64,000 nt of DNA. It comes from an uncultured Gammaproteobacteria bacterium (GTDB taxonomy: Bacteria; Patescibacteriota; Patescibacteriia; Magasanikbacterales; GWA2-37-8). Numbering within the stretch: position 1 is the first letter of the stretch; each line of letters begins with the position of its first letter. A model generated the notes under the pieces. That model saw only the letters and a program-made list of their open reading frames with translations, had not been told where the DNA came from and searched no databases. Below are positions 17,556 through 27,544 of the stretch, piece by piece. The DNA lies in NCBI GenBank assembly GCA_964478235.1, contig CAYZGX010000001.1, positions 42,984-106,983 of the forward strand, written 5' to 3'. The translations under genes were made by a program, and so were the position numbers.

Positions 17556-20336
17556 TTATGCACCGTGGCACTTCTTGTACTTCTTACCACTACCACAATA
17601 ACATGGTTCATTGCGCCCAACTTCTTTAGCGCCTTGCGCAGGGCCAACAGCGGATTGCTGAGCAGGTGCTTCTTCTTTTTGAGCGCCCTGTAAAATAACA
17701 TTACCACTTTCCATTACACTCGGCGCCATCTGAATACCAATGCTGAGTTTGTAGATAGAGTAAACGACTTCTTTTTGAATCGCGCTCAATAACTCGCTAA
17801 ACATACGGTAGGTTTCGCGCTTATATTCCACCAATGGATCTCTTTGACCGTAGCCACGAAGACCGATACCGGTGCGAAGATAATCAATCGATACTAAATG
17901 TTCCACCCACAAATTATCAATACTACGGAGCAACATTTGTTTTTCAATTTCCAATATCACCTGAGCATGATGGGCTTTTTGCACCAACATCGTATCATAT
18001 TTTTCATGCGCCATCTTAATAATTTCCTCGGCGAGCGACTCGCGGAATTCAACTGCTTCCATTTTTTGAGTGCCCGTGTCAGTGTGCGCTTTAATTTTTT
18101 CTTTTTCCAAAGCTGACAACGGGAAAATAGTTTCTAGCGTAGAGATGATATCGTCCAAATTCCAACTCGAACGATCTTCAGCGTTGGTATGGTACGACAC
18201 AATTTGCTCAATTTCCGCATCAATCATTTCAAAAACCATTGCTCGAAGTGTTGGACGAGTAACTTCGCTTACCGCTTGAGGCAATGTATAGCTCGGATCA
18301 AGTGCTTTTTTCTCAGTTGCAAAACTTTCAAGCACCGCTCGGCGTTTACCATACACTACTTCACGATGACGATTGATAATATCATCATATTCAAGCAGAT
18401 GTTTACGGGTGTCAAAATGGAAACCTTCCACTTTCTTTTGAGCCGACTCAATAATTCGGGTAATAGACTTCTGCTCAATTGGCATATCATCTGGAATCTT
18501 GAGCATTTGCATCGCTTTTTTAATACGCTCACCTGCAAAAATACGCATTAAATCATCGTCAGTCGACAAATAGAACTGCGTTTCACCAGGATCACCCTGA
18601 CGACCAGCGCGACCGCGGAGCTGGTTATCAATACGACGAGATTCGTGACGTTCAGTACCAATCACAAACAAACCACCAAACGAGCGAACTTTTTCAGCCT
18701 GATCTTTATCTGGCGGGTTACCGCCGAGGATAATATCCACACCACGACCAGCCATATTGGTCGCAATCGTCACAGCGCCTTCACGACCAGCTTGCGCCAC
18801 AATTTCACCTTCACGTTCGTGGTTTTTAGCGTTCAAAATTTCATGTTTAATACCTTCAAGCTCAAGATGTCGACTGAGTAATTCATTTTTCTCCACAGAA
18901 ATAGTACCGATGAGAACCGGCTGACCTTTTTCTTGGAGCGCGCGAACAGTCTTCGCAATCGCCTGATATTTGGCCGCTTCATTTTTATAAATTCTATCAG
19001 GATGGTCAGTGCGTTGCGCCTTGCGGTTGGTAGGAATCACCACAACTTCCAATTTATAAATCTTCCCAAGCTCTTCCGCTTCGGTCACCGCCGTACCAGT
19101 CATACCAGACAATTTGGTGTACATGCGGAAATAATTTTGGAAGGTGACTGTCGCCATGGTCTGGCTTTCGCGCTGAATAGCCACTTTTTCTTTGGCTTCA
19201 ATCGCCTGATGTAACCCTTCGTTATAGCGACGACCCGGCATTTTGCGACCGGTAAATTCATCAACAATAATCACTTCCCCACCCTCAACCACATAGTCAC
19301 GATCACGCTTAAACAAAGCCTTGGCTCGAAGCGCCTGCTCCATATGATGAACCATGGACATTCCGCCTTCAGCATAGATATTTTCAATACCAAGCCAACC
19401 CTCCATTTTATGAAGACCGGCATCAGTCATGGTAGCTGAACGCATTTTTTCATCCACTGCAAAATCATCATGCTCAGTTAATTTTTCTACCAAGTCAGCA
19501 AACTTATAATAAATATCTGCTGCTTTTTCAGCTGGTGCCGAAATAATAAGCGGAGTACGGGCCTCATCGATCAAGATAGAGTCAACTTCGTCAACCACGG
19601 CAAAGTTAAGACCGCGCTGCACCATACTCTCCAAATCCTGCACCATGTTGTCGCGGAGGTAATCAAAACCAAATTCATTGTTCGTGCCGTACACGATATC
19701 GCACTTATACGCATCTTGGCGCGTACAGGACACGAGATATTCATATTCTACTTTATAGGCTCCTTTTTCATCACGCTCTTTATCAGCTTTTCCACCCTCA
19801 GCAACATCTTTAGTTTCTGGAGCTTCTGGAGTCACGTGCGGACTATAGCGATACGATACTGTTTGATTTTGAATAATACCGACAGTAAGACCAAGGAAAT
19901 CATAAATCTGCCCCATCCACACAGCGTCACGTTTTGCCAAATAATCATTCACGGTCACCACGTGTACACCTTTACCAGTGAGCGCGTTCAAATAGGTTGG
20001 AAGCGTCGCCACCAAAGTCTTACCTTCACCAGTGCGCATTTCAGCCACCGATCCACGATGAAGCACCACGCCACCAATAAGCTGAGCATCAAAATGACGC
20101 ATCCCGGTCAAACGACGAGATGTTTCACGAACCACAGCAAACGCTTCTGGCAAAACCGCATCAACCGTTTCGCCCTTGGCCAACCGCTCTTTGAGCGTGC
20201 CAGTTTTTGCTTTTAATTGTGTGTCCGACAAAACTCGCATCTCTTCTTCGAGCGCGTTAATCGCTTCAACAATTGGTTGAATACCTTTGAGGACTTTGGC
20301 GTTAGGATCGCCGAATAATTTCGTCAAAAAACCCAT
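17556..20336 (-). CDS. secA: Preprotein translocase ATPase SecA
   Basis: MGFLTKLFGDPN start. DEAD-like motor motifs. C-terminal zinc finger CYCGSGKKYKKCHG. Confidence 0.95.
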   Translation of the reverse strand: MGFLTKLFGDPNAKVLKGIQPIVEAINALEEEMRVLSDTQLKAKTGTLKERLAKGETVDAVLPEAFAVVRETSRRLTGMRHFDAQLIGGVVLHRGSVAEMRTGEGKTLVATLPTYLNALTGKGVHVVTVNDYLAKRDAVWMGQIYDFLGLTVGIIQNQTVSYRYSPHVTPEAPETKDVAEGGKADKERDEKGAYKVEYEYLVSCTRQDAYKCDIVYGTNNEFGFDYLRDNMVQDLESMVQRGLNFAVVDEVDSILIDEARTPLIISAPAEKAADIYYKFADLVEKLTEHDDFAVDEKMRSATMTDAGLHKMEGWLGIENIYAEGGMSMVHHMEQALRAKALFKRDRDYVVEGGEVIIVDEFTGRKMPGRRYNEGLHQAIEAKEKVAIQRESQTMATVTFQNYFRMYTKLSGMTGTAVTEAEELGKIYKLEVVVIPTNRKAQRTDHPDRIYKNEAAKYQAIAKTVRALQEKGQPVLIGTISVEKNELLSRHLELEGIKHEILNAKNHEREGEIVAQAGREGAVTIATNMAGRGVDIILGGNPPDKDQAEKVRSFGGLFVIGTERHESRRIDNQLRGRAGRQGDPGETQFYLSTDDDLMRIFAGERIKKAMQMLKIPDDMPIEQKSITRIIESAQKKVEGFHFDTRKHLLEYDDIINRHREVVYGKRRAVLESFATEKKALDPSYTLPQAVSEVTRPTLRAMVFEMIDAEIEQIVSYHTNAEDRSSWNLDDIISTLETIFPLSALEKEKIKAHTDTGTQKMEAVEFRESLAEEIIKMAHEKYDTMLVQKAHHAQVILEIEKQMLLRSIDNLWVEHLVSIDYLRTGIGLRGYGQRDPLVEYKRETYRMFSELLSAIQKEVVYSIYKLSIGIQMAPSVMESGNVILQGAQKEEAPAQQSAVGPAQGAKEVGRNEPCYCGSGKKYKKCHGA

Positions 20337-20459
20337 ACAAACATCAAAAATAGCTCCTTATAAACAGTGTGGGCAGTATAGCAAATAACCGAGAGTTTGT
20401 CCACCCCTTTGGGGACTAAAAAAGCCTGGTTTCAAGCCAAGCTTTCTAGAAGTGTTGCC

Positions 20460-21719
20460 TTATTCCTCCACCACCGGAAGCGGCCGCTCCGGACGATGAA
20501 AAAAGAGAAAAGTGATACCAGCAAAGAAAATAATCACTGCCGAAACTACCACCGAGGTATACGGGTGAAACGAAGCCGCCACAAACCCGGACAAAATCGG
20601 CGGCACCGTGTTAGCCAGTGATTGAACGCTAATATTAACTCCCAGAATCTCACCTTGCACCTCTGGACCAACTGAACGACTAATCAAGCCGGTTAGATTA
20701 GAGTGTGTCAAACCATTGAAGACGGCAAAAAACGGTGTCACAAAAAGCAGTTGCCACGGCGCAGTTGGTAAGAAGTACGCTAACACCGCAGCACTCATCG
20801 CAATAATGCTCACACGCAAAATCGCCACCTCAGAAAAATAACGAGCCATCACTCGAGTAACTAAACCTTGTGTAATAGAGATCCAAATACCGACGTAGGC
20901 GAAGAATGTCCCAATATCGCCTTGCGTAAAAGCAAAACGAGTCACTAGAAAAACACTAAAGAAGGTGGTGAAGAAAGAAAAACCACCGGTAAATAAAAAA
21001 TTGGTTAAAAACAAACGACGAAGTGGTTTGAAAGCAAAGACCCGGGCTAAGTTTTTTACCGAGGTTCCGAAATGTAAAACTAAACCAGATTGTTTACGAA
21101 CGTGCGTCTCTGGCAAGACAAACAAAACGAGTAAGGTGTTAACAAACGCGAGTAATGCAGCAAAGAAAAAAGGCGTAGCCGCATTAAACCAGGACACATA
21201 GGAACTATCTGACAAAACACCACCCAAAAATGGCCCGAGAATAAAACCGATACCAAAGACAGCACCAATCAAACCAAACGTGCGAGCACGCTCTTCTGGT
21301 TTGGAGATATCCGCCAAAACAGCTTGACCAACAGCAATATTACCACCAGTTAAACCATCGAATGCTCGAGAAATAAACAAGAGCGGAATATTACGAGTGA
21401 TAATCGCAAAAGCAAACACCACATATGACAAAGCCGTTCCAAACAGCGAACCAGCTAAAATATATTTACGACCATACTTATCTGACAATTGCCCCAAAAT
21501 TGGAGTAGCCAAAAACTGCATAAATGGATACATGGCTGTCAAAAAACCAAGCATAATGTACCCACGATCGATCGAAAACGAAGCTGGGAGTAAATAAAAC
21601 GAAGACGCTGGATCAGCCAAAAGAAGTGGAATAACTGGAATAAGGATACCAATACCGAGCACATCGATAAAAATCGTGAGCATGATAATCGGCAAAACAC
21701 GTTGACGAACAGGTTGCAT
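20460..21719 (-). CDS. MFS transporter (drug:H+ antiporter-like)
   Basis: 12-TM profile. N-terminal LGIGILIPVIPLL segment and DKYGRK motif typical of Tet/MDR MFS pumps. Confidence 0.8.
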   Translation of the reverse strand: MQPVRQRVLPIIMLTIFIDVLGIGILIPVIPLLLADPASSFYLLPASFSIDRGYIMLGFLTAMYPFMQFLATPILGQLSDKYGRKYILAGSLFGTALSYVVFAFAIITRNIPLLFISRAFDGLTGGNIAVGQAVLADISKPEERARTFGLIGAVFGIGFILGPFLGGVLSDSSYVSWFNAATPFFFAALLAFVNTLLVLFVLPETHVRKQSGLVLHFGTSVKNLARVFAFKPLRRLFLTNFLFTGGFSFFTTFFSVFLVTRFAFTQGDIGTFFAYVGIWISITQGLVTRVMARYFSEVAILRVSIIAMSAAVLAYFLPTAPWQLLFVTPFFAVFNGLTHSNLTGLISRSVGPEVQGEILGVNISVQSLANTVPPILSGFVAASFHPYTSVVVSAVIIFFAGITFLFFHRPERPLPVVEE

Positions 21720-21792
21720 AGAGAAATAATAAGTACCAAGTTTGGCTAGTATACGCTAAAAAAGACTTCTTGACTAGGGTCTAAAAACGATT

Positions 21793-21828
21793 CGAGGGCG
21801 ACCAGTGTGTGAACACCGATCGCCCTCG
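21793..21828 (-). terminator. GC-rich terminator downstream of the OMP-like gene
   Basis: CGAGGGCGA...TCGCCCTCG hairpin followed by a T-run on the minus strand. Confidence 0.6.
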
Positions 21829-21841
21829 TAGAGCTGACCTC

Positions 21842-22363
21842 CTACTCGTCTTCATCTAGGCGAATCTCGCCGAGCTGAAACGACCAGTGGAAGTTGACGA
21901 GTCCAGTCATGACTCCAGGAGGCGAACCAATCATCTTACCAACCGCGAGCCCAATATCAATGGAATCACTCTTGGATGTATGAAAGTTCATCTCAAAGCC
22001 AAACAGGACGGAAAAGTCGAACGCTGACGGCGTGAACCCAGCGTGGAGAATATTGACGAGCGACACCTTGCGGTGCACTTGCCAACCAGTCTCGAGGCCA
22101 AGCGTCACAATGTTGAAGTTGTACGACCGACCACCGAGCGTCTCGAGCCCGAGATTGGGAGCAAACGTCAGACCGTTCGGCAGGCTGAAGTACGGACCAA
22201 CATGGAACCCAAGCACTTGGCCTTCCGGCGAATGCCCGGCCTCGATGCTGAGCGTGAGCCCAACCGAAACCGATTCCTCCTCCTCACCGTGCGCGCCATG
22301 AGCCGAAGCCACAGGCGACAAGCCGAGGACGAGCGCTACCACAACGATACTGATGAAACGCAT
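21842..22363 (-). CDS. Secreted small beta-rich protein (8-strand OMP-like pattern), high GC
   Basis: Signal peptide MRFISIVVVALVLGLSPVASA. AHGAHGEEEE follows the cleavage site. Alternating hydrophobic dyads are typical of small beta-barrels. Local GC is clearly above the flanks. Confidence 0.5.
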   Translation of the reverse strand: MRFISIVVVALVLGLSPVASAHGAHGEEEESVSVGLTLSIEAGHSPEGQVLGFHVGPYFSLPNGLTFAPNLGLETLGGRSYNFNIVTLGLETGWQVHRKVSLVNILHAGFTPSAFDFSVLFGFEMNFHTSKSDSIDIGLAVGKMIGSPPGVMTGLVNFHWSFQLGEIRLDEDE

Positions 22364-22521
22364 GGTTCTGACCTCTCCCCAGCCAAAAGCTGGTGAAAAA
22401 ATGGGGTATCCCGTCTAAGTACGGAACAGGCCAGTGTAGCACAAAATAGGCCTTTTGTCAACCCCTAAACGAGCCAAAAAGCTTGCCGAAAGGGCTAATC
22501 TCGGCTATACTAAGGGCACCT

Positions 22522-22962
22522 ATGTCTACCGTTGAACATCTTATTACTAACCTCAAAAATACCGGCGAACGCATCACCGCTGTTCGTACCGCTGTTTTAG
22601 CTATTCTCACCAAAGAAGAGCATCCACTCTCTGTCCAGGACTTGTTAAACAAGCTGGCCAAACGCCATCTACGCGCCAACAAAACCACTGTCTACCGCCA
22701 GCTAGAGACACTGACCGCCAAACAAATCGTTCGAGAAATTCGTTTTGCCGACAGAACCGTCCGCTACGAGCTCGCTCGCGATAACGATCACCATCACCAC
22801 CTCGTCTGCCTCAACTGTGGTAAAACCGAAGATATTTCTTTTAAAGAAGATATTGAGCGCCAAGAAAAAAGCATCATGAAGCAAAAGAAATTTAAAGTAC
22901 TCGAACATTCTCTAGAATTTTTTGGCCTCTGCCACGCCTGCCAAAAGAAGAAAAAGAGATAA
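22522..22962 (+). CDS. Fur-family metalloregulator (Fur/Zur/PerR)
   Basis: Winged-helix N-terminus, then HHHHLVCLNCGK and a C-terminal CHAC metal site. AAGGG SD precedes the ATG at 22522. Confidence 0.8.
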   Translation: MSTVEHLITNLKNTGERITAVRTAVLAILTKEEHPLSVQDLLNKLAKRHLRANKTTVYRQLETLTAKQIVREIRFADRTVRYELARDNDHHHHLVCLNCGKTEDISFKEDIERQEKSIMKQKKFKVLEHSLEFFGLCHACQKKKKR

Positions 22963-22990
22963 CAATCACGACTACTATCCAAAACAAAAA

Positions 22991-23015
22991 CCAGTCCAAC
23001 AAGACTGGTTTTTGC
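22991..23015 (+). terminator. Terminator after the fur-family gene
   Basis: CCAGTC-caacaaga-CTGG plus TTTTT. Confidence 0.7.
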
Positions 23016-23260
23016 GTAGTGTGCCTCTCCTATCCCATTACTGAGATGTCTCCATCCTAGTCCCTCCTGCCGCCCTGGGGGTGAATGCGGGTGGCCGGGC
23101 TTGGAGAGGACTTTCCTACCCTACCACACCGAGATAAAGAAAAAATAAAGTGGAAATAAAGATAAGCTGGAGCCAAACGTATTGCGTTTGAAGCTCTCCC
23201 CCGCTACTATTGCCAGAACGGGGGAAGTATGCTTATATCACTTATATACAGGACTCAACT

Positions 23261-23941
23261 ATGCGACTTCTTCTCGTCGAAGATCAACCAGAGTTAGCCC
23301 ATTTTCTCTACAGCAGTTTGACTGAAGCTTGTTTTGCCGTCGACGTCGCGGGCGACGGTGTGCGCGGTAGCTATCTCGGAGCCTTAAACGACTACGATCT
23401 AGCTATTCTCGATTACAACCTCCCAAAGAAAAACGGTCGTGAAGTATGTCGAGCTATTCGCGAAGCTGGCAAAAAATATCCAATTATCATGTTGTCAGTT
23501 GAAGGCAGCACCCCGAAAAAGGTAGAACTGTTAAACAACGGGGCCGACGACTACATGACTAAACCATTTTCACTCGAAGAATTATTGGCGCGTATTCGCG
23601 CCATTTTACGTCGCCCCCACCACCTCCTCGAAGAAACCCTAGCGATTGACGACTTAAGCGTTAACACTCGCACTCATCTAGTAAAACGAGGTGAGAAAGA
23701 AATCTACCTCACCAAAAAAGAATTTATGCTCCTCGAGCATCTTCTCAAAAATACCGACACCGTCATTTCACGCGGCAGTCTAATTGAGCATGTCTGGGAT
23801 AATAGTGGAGACATTTTTAGCAACACCATTGAAACCCACATCCTGACACTGCGAAAAAAAATTGATTCACTCAGTCATCGAAAGCTTATCCAAACCGTGC
23901 CGGGGCGTGGCTACAAAATTAGCGCCAAAGCATTGTTATAA
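23261..23941 (+). CDS. OmpR-family response regulator
   Basis: Receiver domain (LLLVEDQPELA, D at the phospho-site region, KPF) followed by a winged-helix trans_reg_C domain (GRGYKI). Confidence 0.85.
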   Translation: MRLLLVEDQPELAHFLYSSLTEACFAVDVAGDGVRGSYLGALNDYDLAILDYNLPKKNGREVCRAIREAGKKYPIIMLSVEGSTPKKVELLNNGADDYMTKPFSLEELLARIRAILRRPHHLLEETLAIDDLSVNTRTHLVKRGEKEIYLTKKEFMLLEHLLKNTDTVISRGSLIEHVWDNSGDIFSNTIETHILTLRKKIDSLSHRKLIQTVPGRGYKISAKALL

Positions 23942-24082
23942 CTATGCCTCAAGAAACTAAAAAAACACAGCATACATTACTCAACCTTTTGACTGTGCTC
24001 AAACTAACACTTCACGAAGGACGAGAAGATGTGGGGCAACTACGCACCCTCTATACTGATTTAGAAAAAATTACTGACAAAC

Positions 24083-25465
24083 TTATTTCCACAGCGACAC
24101 AAATGTCACTGCCGAAAAAACTCCGAAGAAAACAAAAGCCAAAAAAATAATTCCTTTGCGCCACCAGGCTGGCTGTAATTCACGAGGAATAGCTGTGCGA
24201 TTGAGAAGAGCGACTAGACCAATATGCACAAACATACACACAGCGTTAACTGAGGCACCAATAACCAGCAACTTAAGTGGCTCGTGAATCCCAGCGGCAA
24301 ATACCACAATCCCAAAAGCGATCTGTAACCAAAGCGAAATAAAATAATATCGAGACAATAGCGCCTTGGCTCCCGAGCCTTCGCGAAGCATCGCAAAGTT
24401 CTCAGACATAATCCGACTCGTGGAATCAAGCACTGAAAATTGAGTTGAAAACAATGTCATCGCCAAAACCAAAGTAAAAAAAGTTCCTAGGAGTGGCCAA
24501 GTCGTATCACTAATGTAGCGCGCCTCATTAAGAACAAATTGAATACCACTACCATTATTTGGCAAACCAAAAGTGGTCGCATACGACAGCACCATAAGAA
24601 GCAGCATGGTAAAAGCTCCGAGCCCATAAAAAATAAATCCATGCTCACGATTAATAACTCGCCACCATTCTTTGAAACGCGCGACATTACTTGGCGTTGT
24701 TTGAAACTGATATCCATTCACATCAATCGTTTGTTTTTGACCATTAAACAGCCCTTTCATTTTTTCGGTATGAGCCGCCATGCCGTAGCCTTTTTCACGA
24801 ATATAACTCGATTGCGTCAAATTCAAATTTCCGGCTGCCCCACTAAAAGCAAACGCTCCCAAAAATGTCGCGAGCGATATCCCTGCTGGCAAGAACCAGT
24901 ACCCATCTCCCCGACCGATGAGACCATTACCCAAAGCAATCACATCAGATGAATCAGCAAAAAAGAATGTCAAAACAACGATCGCTGGAATACCAAGCAT
25001 AATAATCAGGCGAGAAAAATGCTCAACCGTCGTATAAATATATTTACCAATACTCAAAATCACACCAATGAGAAGGAGGAGCCCGATAGCTATTTCTGTT
25101 CCGTGACCACCAAACACACTTGCTAGCAAAGTAGCCGACGAAGCGATTATCCCCGGCCAACCAAAAGCCAAGAGCGTTGAGATGATAAGCCACGCCGGAA
25201 TAACTCGAGACAAACGAGACAAACCAACAAACACACTTTCGCCGTGCGCTAAAGTGTAGCGCTCAATTTCCATGTTAATAAAAAACTGAAATGTTATGCC
25301 CAAAAGCGCACCCCAGGCCACCCCCAAACCATAATTAGAGACAAGGTACGGCCACAAAATAACTTCACCCGAACCAAGACCGAGACCGAGCAAAATAAAA
25401 CTTGGTCCAAGAAGGGTGCGGAGTCTTGGGGCTGGAGGTAATAATCGAAACTCGGTGTGTAGCAT
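24083..25465 (-). CDS. mntH: Nramp-family divalent metal (Mn2+/Fe2+) transporter
   Basis: GPSFILLGLGLGSGEVILWP and FQFFINMEIERYTL resemble the Nramp DPGN/MPH regions. Start moved to the Met of MLHTEF. Confidence 0.7.
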   Translation of the reverse strand: MLHTEFRLLPPAPRLRTLLGPSFILLGLGLGSGEVILWPYLVSNYGLGVAWGALLGITFQFFINMEIERYTLAHGESVFVGLSRLSRVIPAWLIISTLLAFGWPGIIASSATLLASVFGGHGTEIAIGLLLLIGVILSIGKYIYTTVEHFSRLIIMLGIPAIVVLTFFFADSSDVIALGNGLIGRGDGYWFLPAGISLATFLGAFAFSGAAGNLNLTQSSYIREKGYGMAAHTEKMKGLFNGQKQTIDVNGYQFQTTPSNVARFKEWWRVINREHGFIFYGLGAFTMLLLMVLSYATTFGLPNNGSGIQFVLNEARYISDTTWPLLGTFFTLVLAMTLFSTQFSVLDSTSRIMSENFAMLREGSGAKALLSRYYFISLWLQIAFGIVVFAAGIHEPLKLLVIGASVNAVCMFVHIGLVALLNRTAIPRELQPAWWRKGIIFLAFVFFGVFSAVTFVSLWK

Positions 25466-25472
25466 ATAGGTA

Positions 25473-27440
25473 TTACCAAATAACGACGCGGTTTTCGGGC
25501 GCGCGATAGAGAGCGTCTTCAGACGCAACTTTAAAAGCGTCAAAAAAAGATTGCATATTACTCAGCGGCCCGTTGGTGCGAAACTTCGCGGGCGAATGTG
25601 GATCAACTTTGAGATACAGTCGCGCTTTTTCATCGCGAATGTTTGTTTTCCAACTCTGAGCATACGACAAGAAAAATCGTTGCGCCCCACTAAAGCCATC
25701 AATCGTTTCATGCGACCGACCTTCTGAAGTTCGCTGAAACGCTTCAAAAGCAATCGCCAAACCACCTAAATCGGCAATATTTTCCCCCAAAGTAAACTGG
25801 CCGTTTACAAAACCCCCCTCCACCGGTGAATAAGTGTTGAACTGCTCTACCAACCGCTTAGCTTCTTTAGTAAACAACACACCGTCTTCTTCGGTCCACC
25901 AATCGTGTAGATTGCCAACGGCATCATACTGCCGCCCCTGATCATCAAACGCATGAGTGATTTCATGGCCAATCACCGCCCCAATACTTCCATAATTCAT
26001 CGCGTCATCGGCCAACTCATCGAAAAATGGTGGCTGTAAAATTGCTGCTGGAAAAACAATCTCATTTTTAGATGGCTCAAAATAAGCATTCACTGTTTGT
26101 GGGTCCATAAGCCATTCTGTTTTGTCGACTGCTTTGCCGATTTTTGATAGCTCTCGACGAACTTCAAAAGCATAACAACGCAGAACATTGTCAGCAAGCG
26201 ATTCGTCGCCAAGTGTGAGCGAGGAATAATCGAGCCAAACATCTGGATAACCAATTTTCACCGTCATGCGAGCTAATTTGTGAAGCGCTTGTTTTTTGGT
26301 CGCGTCGCTCATCCAGGATAATCTTGTAATTCTATCCCCCATCACCACAAGCAAATTTTGTACCAAAGCTTCGGCGCGAGCTTTAGCCTGGCTCGAAAAA
26401 GCTTCGCGGACATACAGCTTGCCAACAGCCTTGCCAAGACAATCATTCGTAAGCTCCACCATTCGTTTAGCTCGCGGCTTCATTTGTTTAGCTCCGCTCA
26501 TCACTGTGCCAAAAAAATGAAAATGCGTATCTAAAAAAGCTTTGGATAAATATGGCGCCAAACCACGCACTGCAAAAGCTTCTAAATATGAGCGCACATC
26601 TTCCATCGACGCCTGAGACAAAACCTTGCCTAATCGTTCAAAAAACGGCAACTGCCCGACATCAATTGAAACTGCTGTTGAAACACCAAGCGTCGTAAAA
26701 TAAGTGTCCCAATCAAAACCAGGCACACGGGATTTCATTTCCGCAAACGACATTTTATTATAATTCTTTACTGGATCGCGCAAATCTTCTTTTGGAACAG
26801 AAATTTCCGCCAAACTAGTTTCAAGAGCGATAACTCGAGCAGTTTTTTCAGCTGAGTCCGCAAAACCAGCGAGCGTAAATAGCGTCGTCAAATACTCAGT
26901 ATATTTTTGACGAATCGCGACTGAGCGCTCATCAGTTGCCAAGTAATACTCCCGCTCCGGCAACCCCAGACCGCCTTGTACTAATCCAGATATAACTTGA
27001 TCGCTTGCTTTGGCATCAGTCGCCGCCAAAAGTACAAAAAGCGGCCGAGCGATTTGCAGGTGCATTTCAGCTGTCACTCGCGCCAACGAGACGCTATCAG
27101 AAACAGTAGCAATTTTTTCAAAAAACCCATTAAGTGGAGCGCGTCCAACTCGTTCAATTTTTTTTTCATCCATCGCTACGCGATAAAATTTCCCCACCAG
27201 CTCAGCAATAGAGGCGTCTTCAGTGCCAGCGAATCGCTCAGGATGCTCAATAATGTCTCGCACCGTTGCGTTGGTCAAATCGGCCAACATCTCAAACACA
27301 CCCCAACGACTTTGATCATCAGGAATCGGGTGCGCACGAAGCCAACCACCAACGGCATAATCATAAAAATCGTCTCCTGGTTTAACGGCTGGATACAGAT
27401 CGGTTTGTTTAAAGGCTAAATCACGGGCGGTAGACAACAT
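25473..27440 (-). CDS. pepO: M13-family zinc metalloendopeptidase (PepO/neprilysin-like)
   Basis: HEITHAFDDQG (HExxH), GENIADLGG and NAYF motifs. Confidence 0.9.
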   Translation of the reverse strand: MLSTARDLAFKQTDLYPAVKPGDDFYDYAVGGWLRAHPIPDDQSRWGVFEMLADLTNATVRDIIEHPERFAGTEDASIAELVGKFYRVAMDEKKIERVGRAPLNGFFEKIATVSDSVSLARVTAEMHLQIARPLFVLLAATDAKASDQVISGLVQGGLGLPEREYYLATDERSVAIRQKYTEYLTTLFTLAGFADSAEKTARVIALETSLAEISVPKEDLRDPVKNYNKMSFAEMKSRVPGFDWDTYFTTLGVSTAVSIDVGQLPFFERLGKVLSQASMEDVRSYLEAFAVRGLAPYLSKAFLDTHFHFFGTVMSGAKQMKPRAKRMVELTNDCLGKAVGKLYVREAFSSQAKARAEALVQNLLVVMGDRITRLSWMSDATKKQALHKLARMTVKIGYPDVWLDYSSLTLGDESLADNVLRCYAFEVRRELSKIGKAVDKTEWLMDPQTVNAYFEPSKNEIVFPAAILQPPFFDELADDAMNYGSIGAVIGHEITHAFDDQGRQYDAVGNLHDWWTEEDGVLFTKEAKRLVEQFNTYSPVEGGFVNGQFTLGENIADLGGLAIAFEAFQRTSEGRSHETIDGFSGAQRFFLSYAQSWKTNIRDEKARLYLKVDPHSPAKFRTNGPLSNMQSFFDAFKVASEDALYRAPENRVVIW

Positions 27441-27503
27441 ACAGTGTTAAGTAGAAAAGTATGTACCCAGTGTAACATATTCGCGAACCTCTTTCGAGGG
27501 GGA

Positions 27504-27534
27504 ATAAAAAAACAACCACCCGAAGGTGGTTGTT
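27504..27534 (-). terminator. Terminator downstream of the DEAD-box helicase gene
   Basis: AACAACCACC-cgaa-GGTGGTTGTT with a T-run on the minus strand. Confidence 0.75.
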
Positions 27535-27544
27535 TAGAAGTTGT

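Noticed and set aside
23944-24150. 68-aa ORF after the response regulator
   Set aside because: Overlaps the 3' end of the convergent Nramp gene. Lys-rich low-complexity tail. No SD. Probably not a gene.
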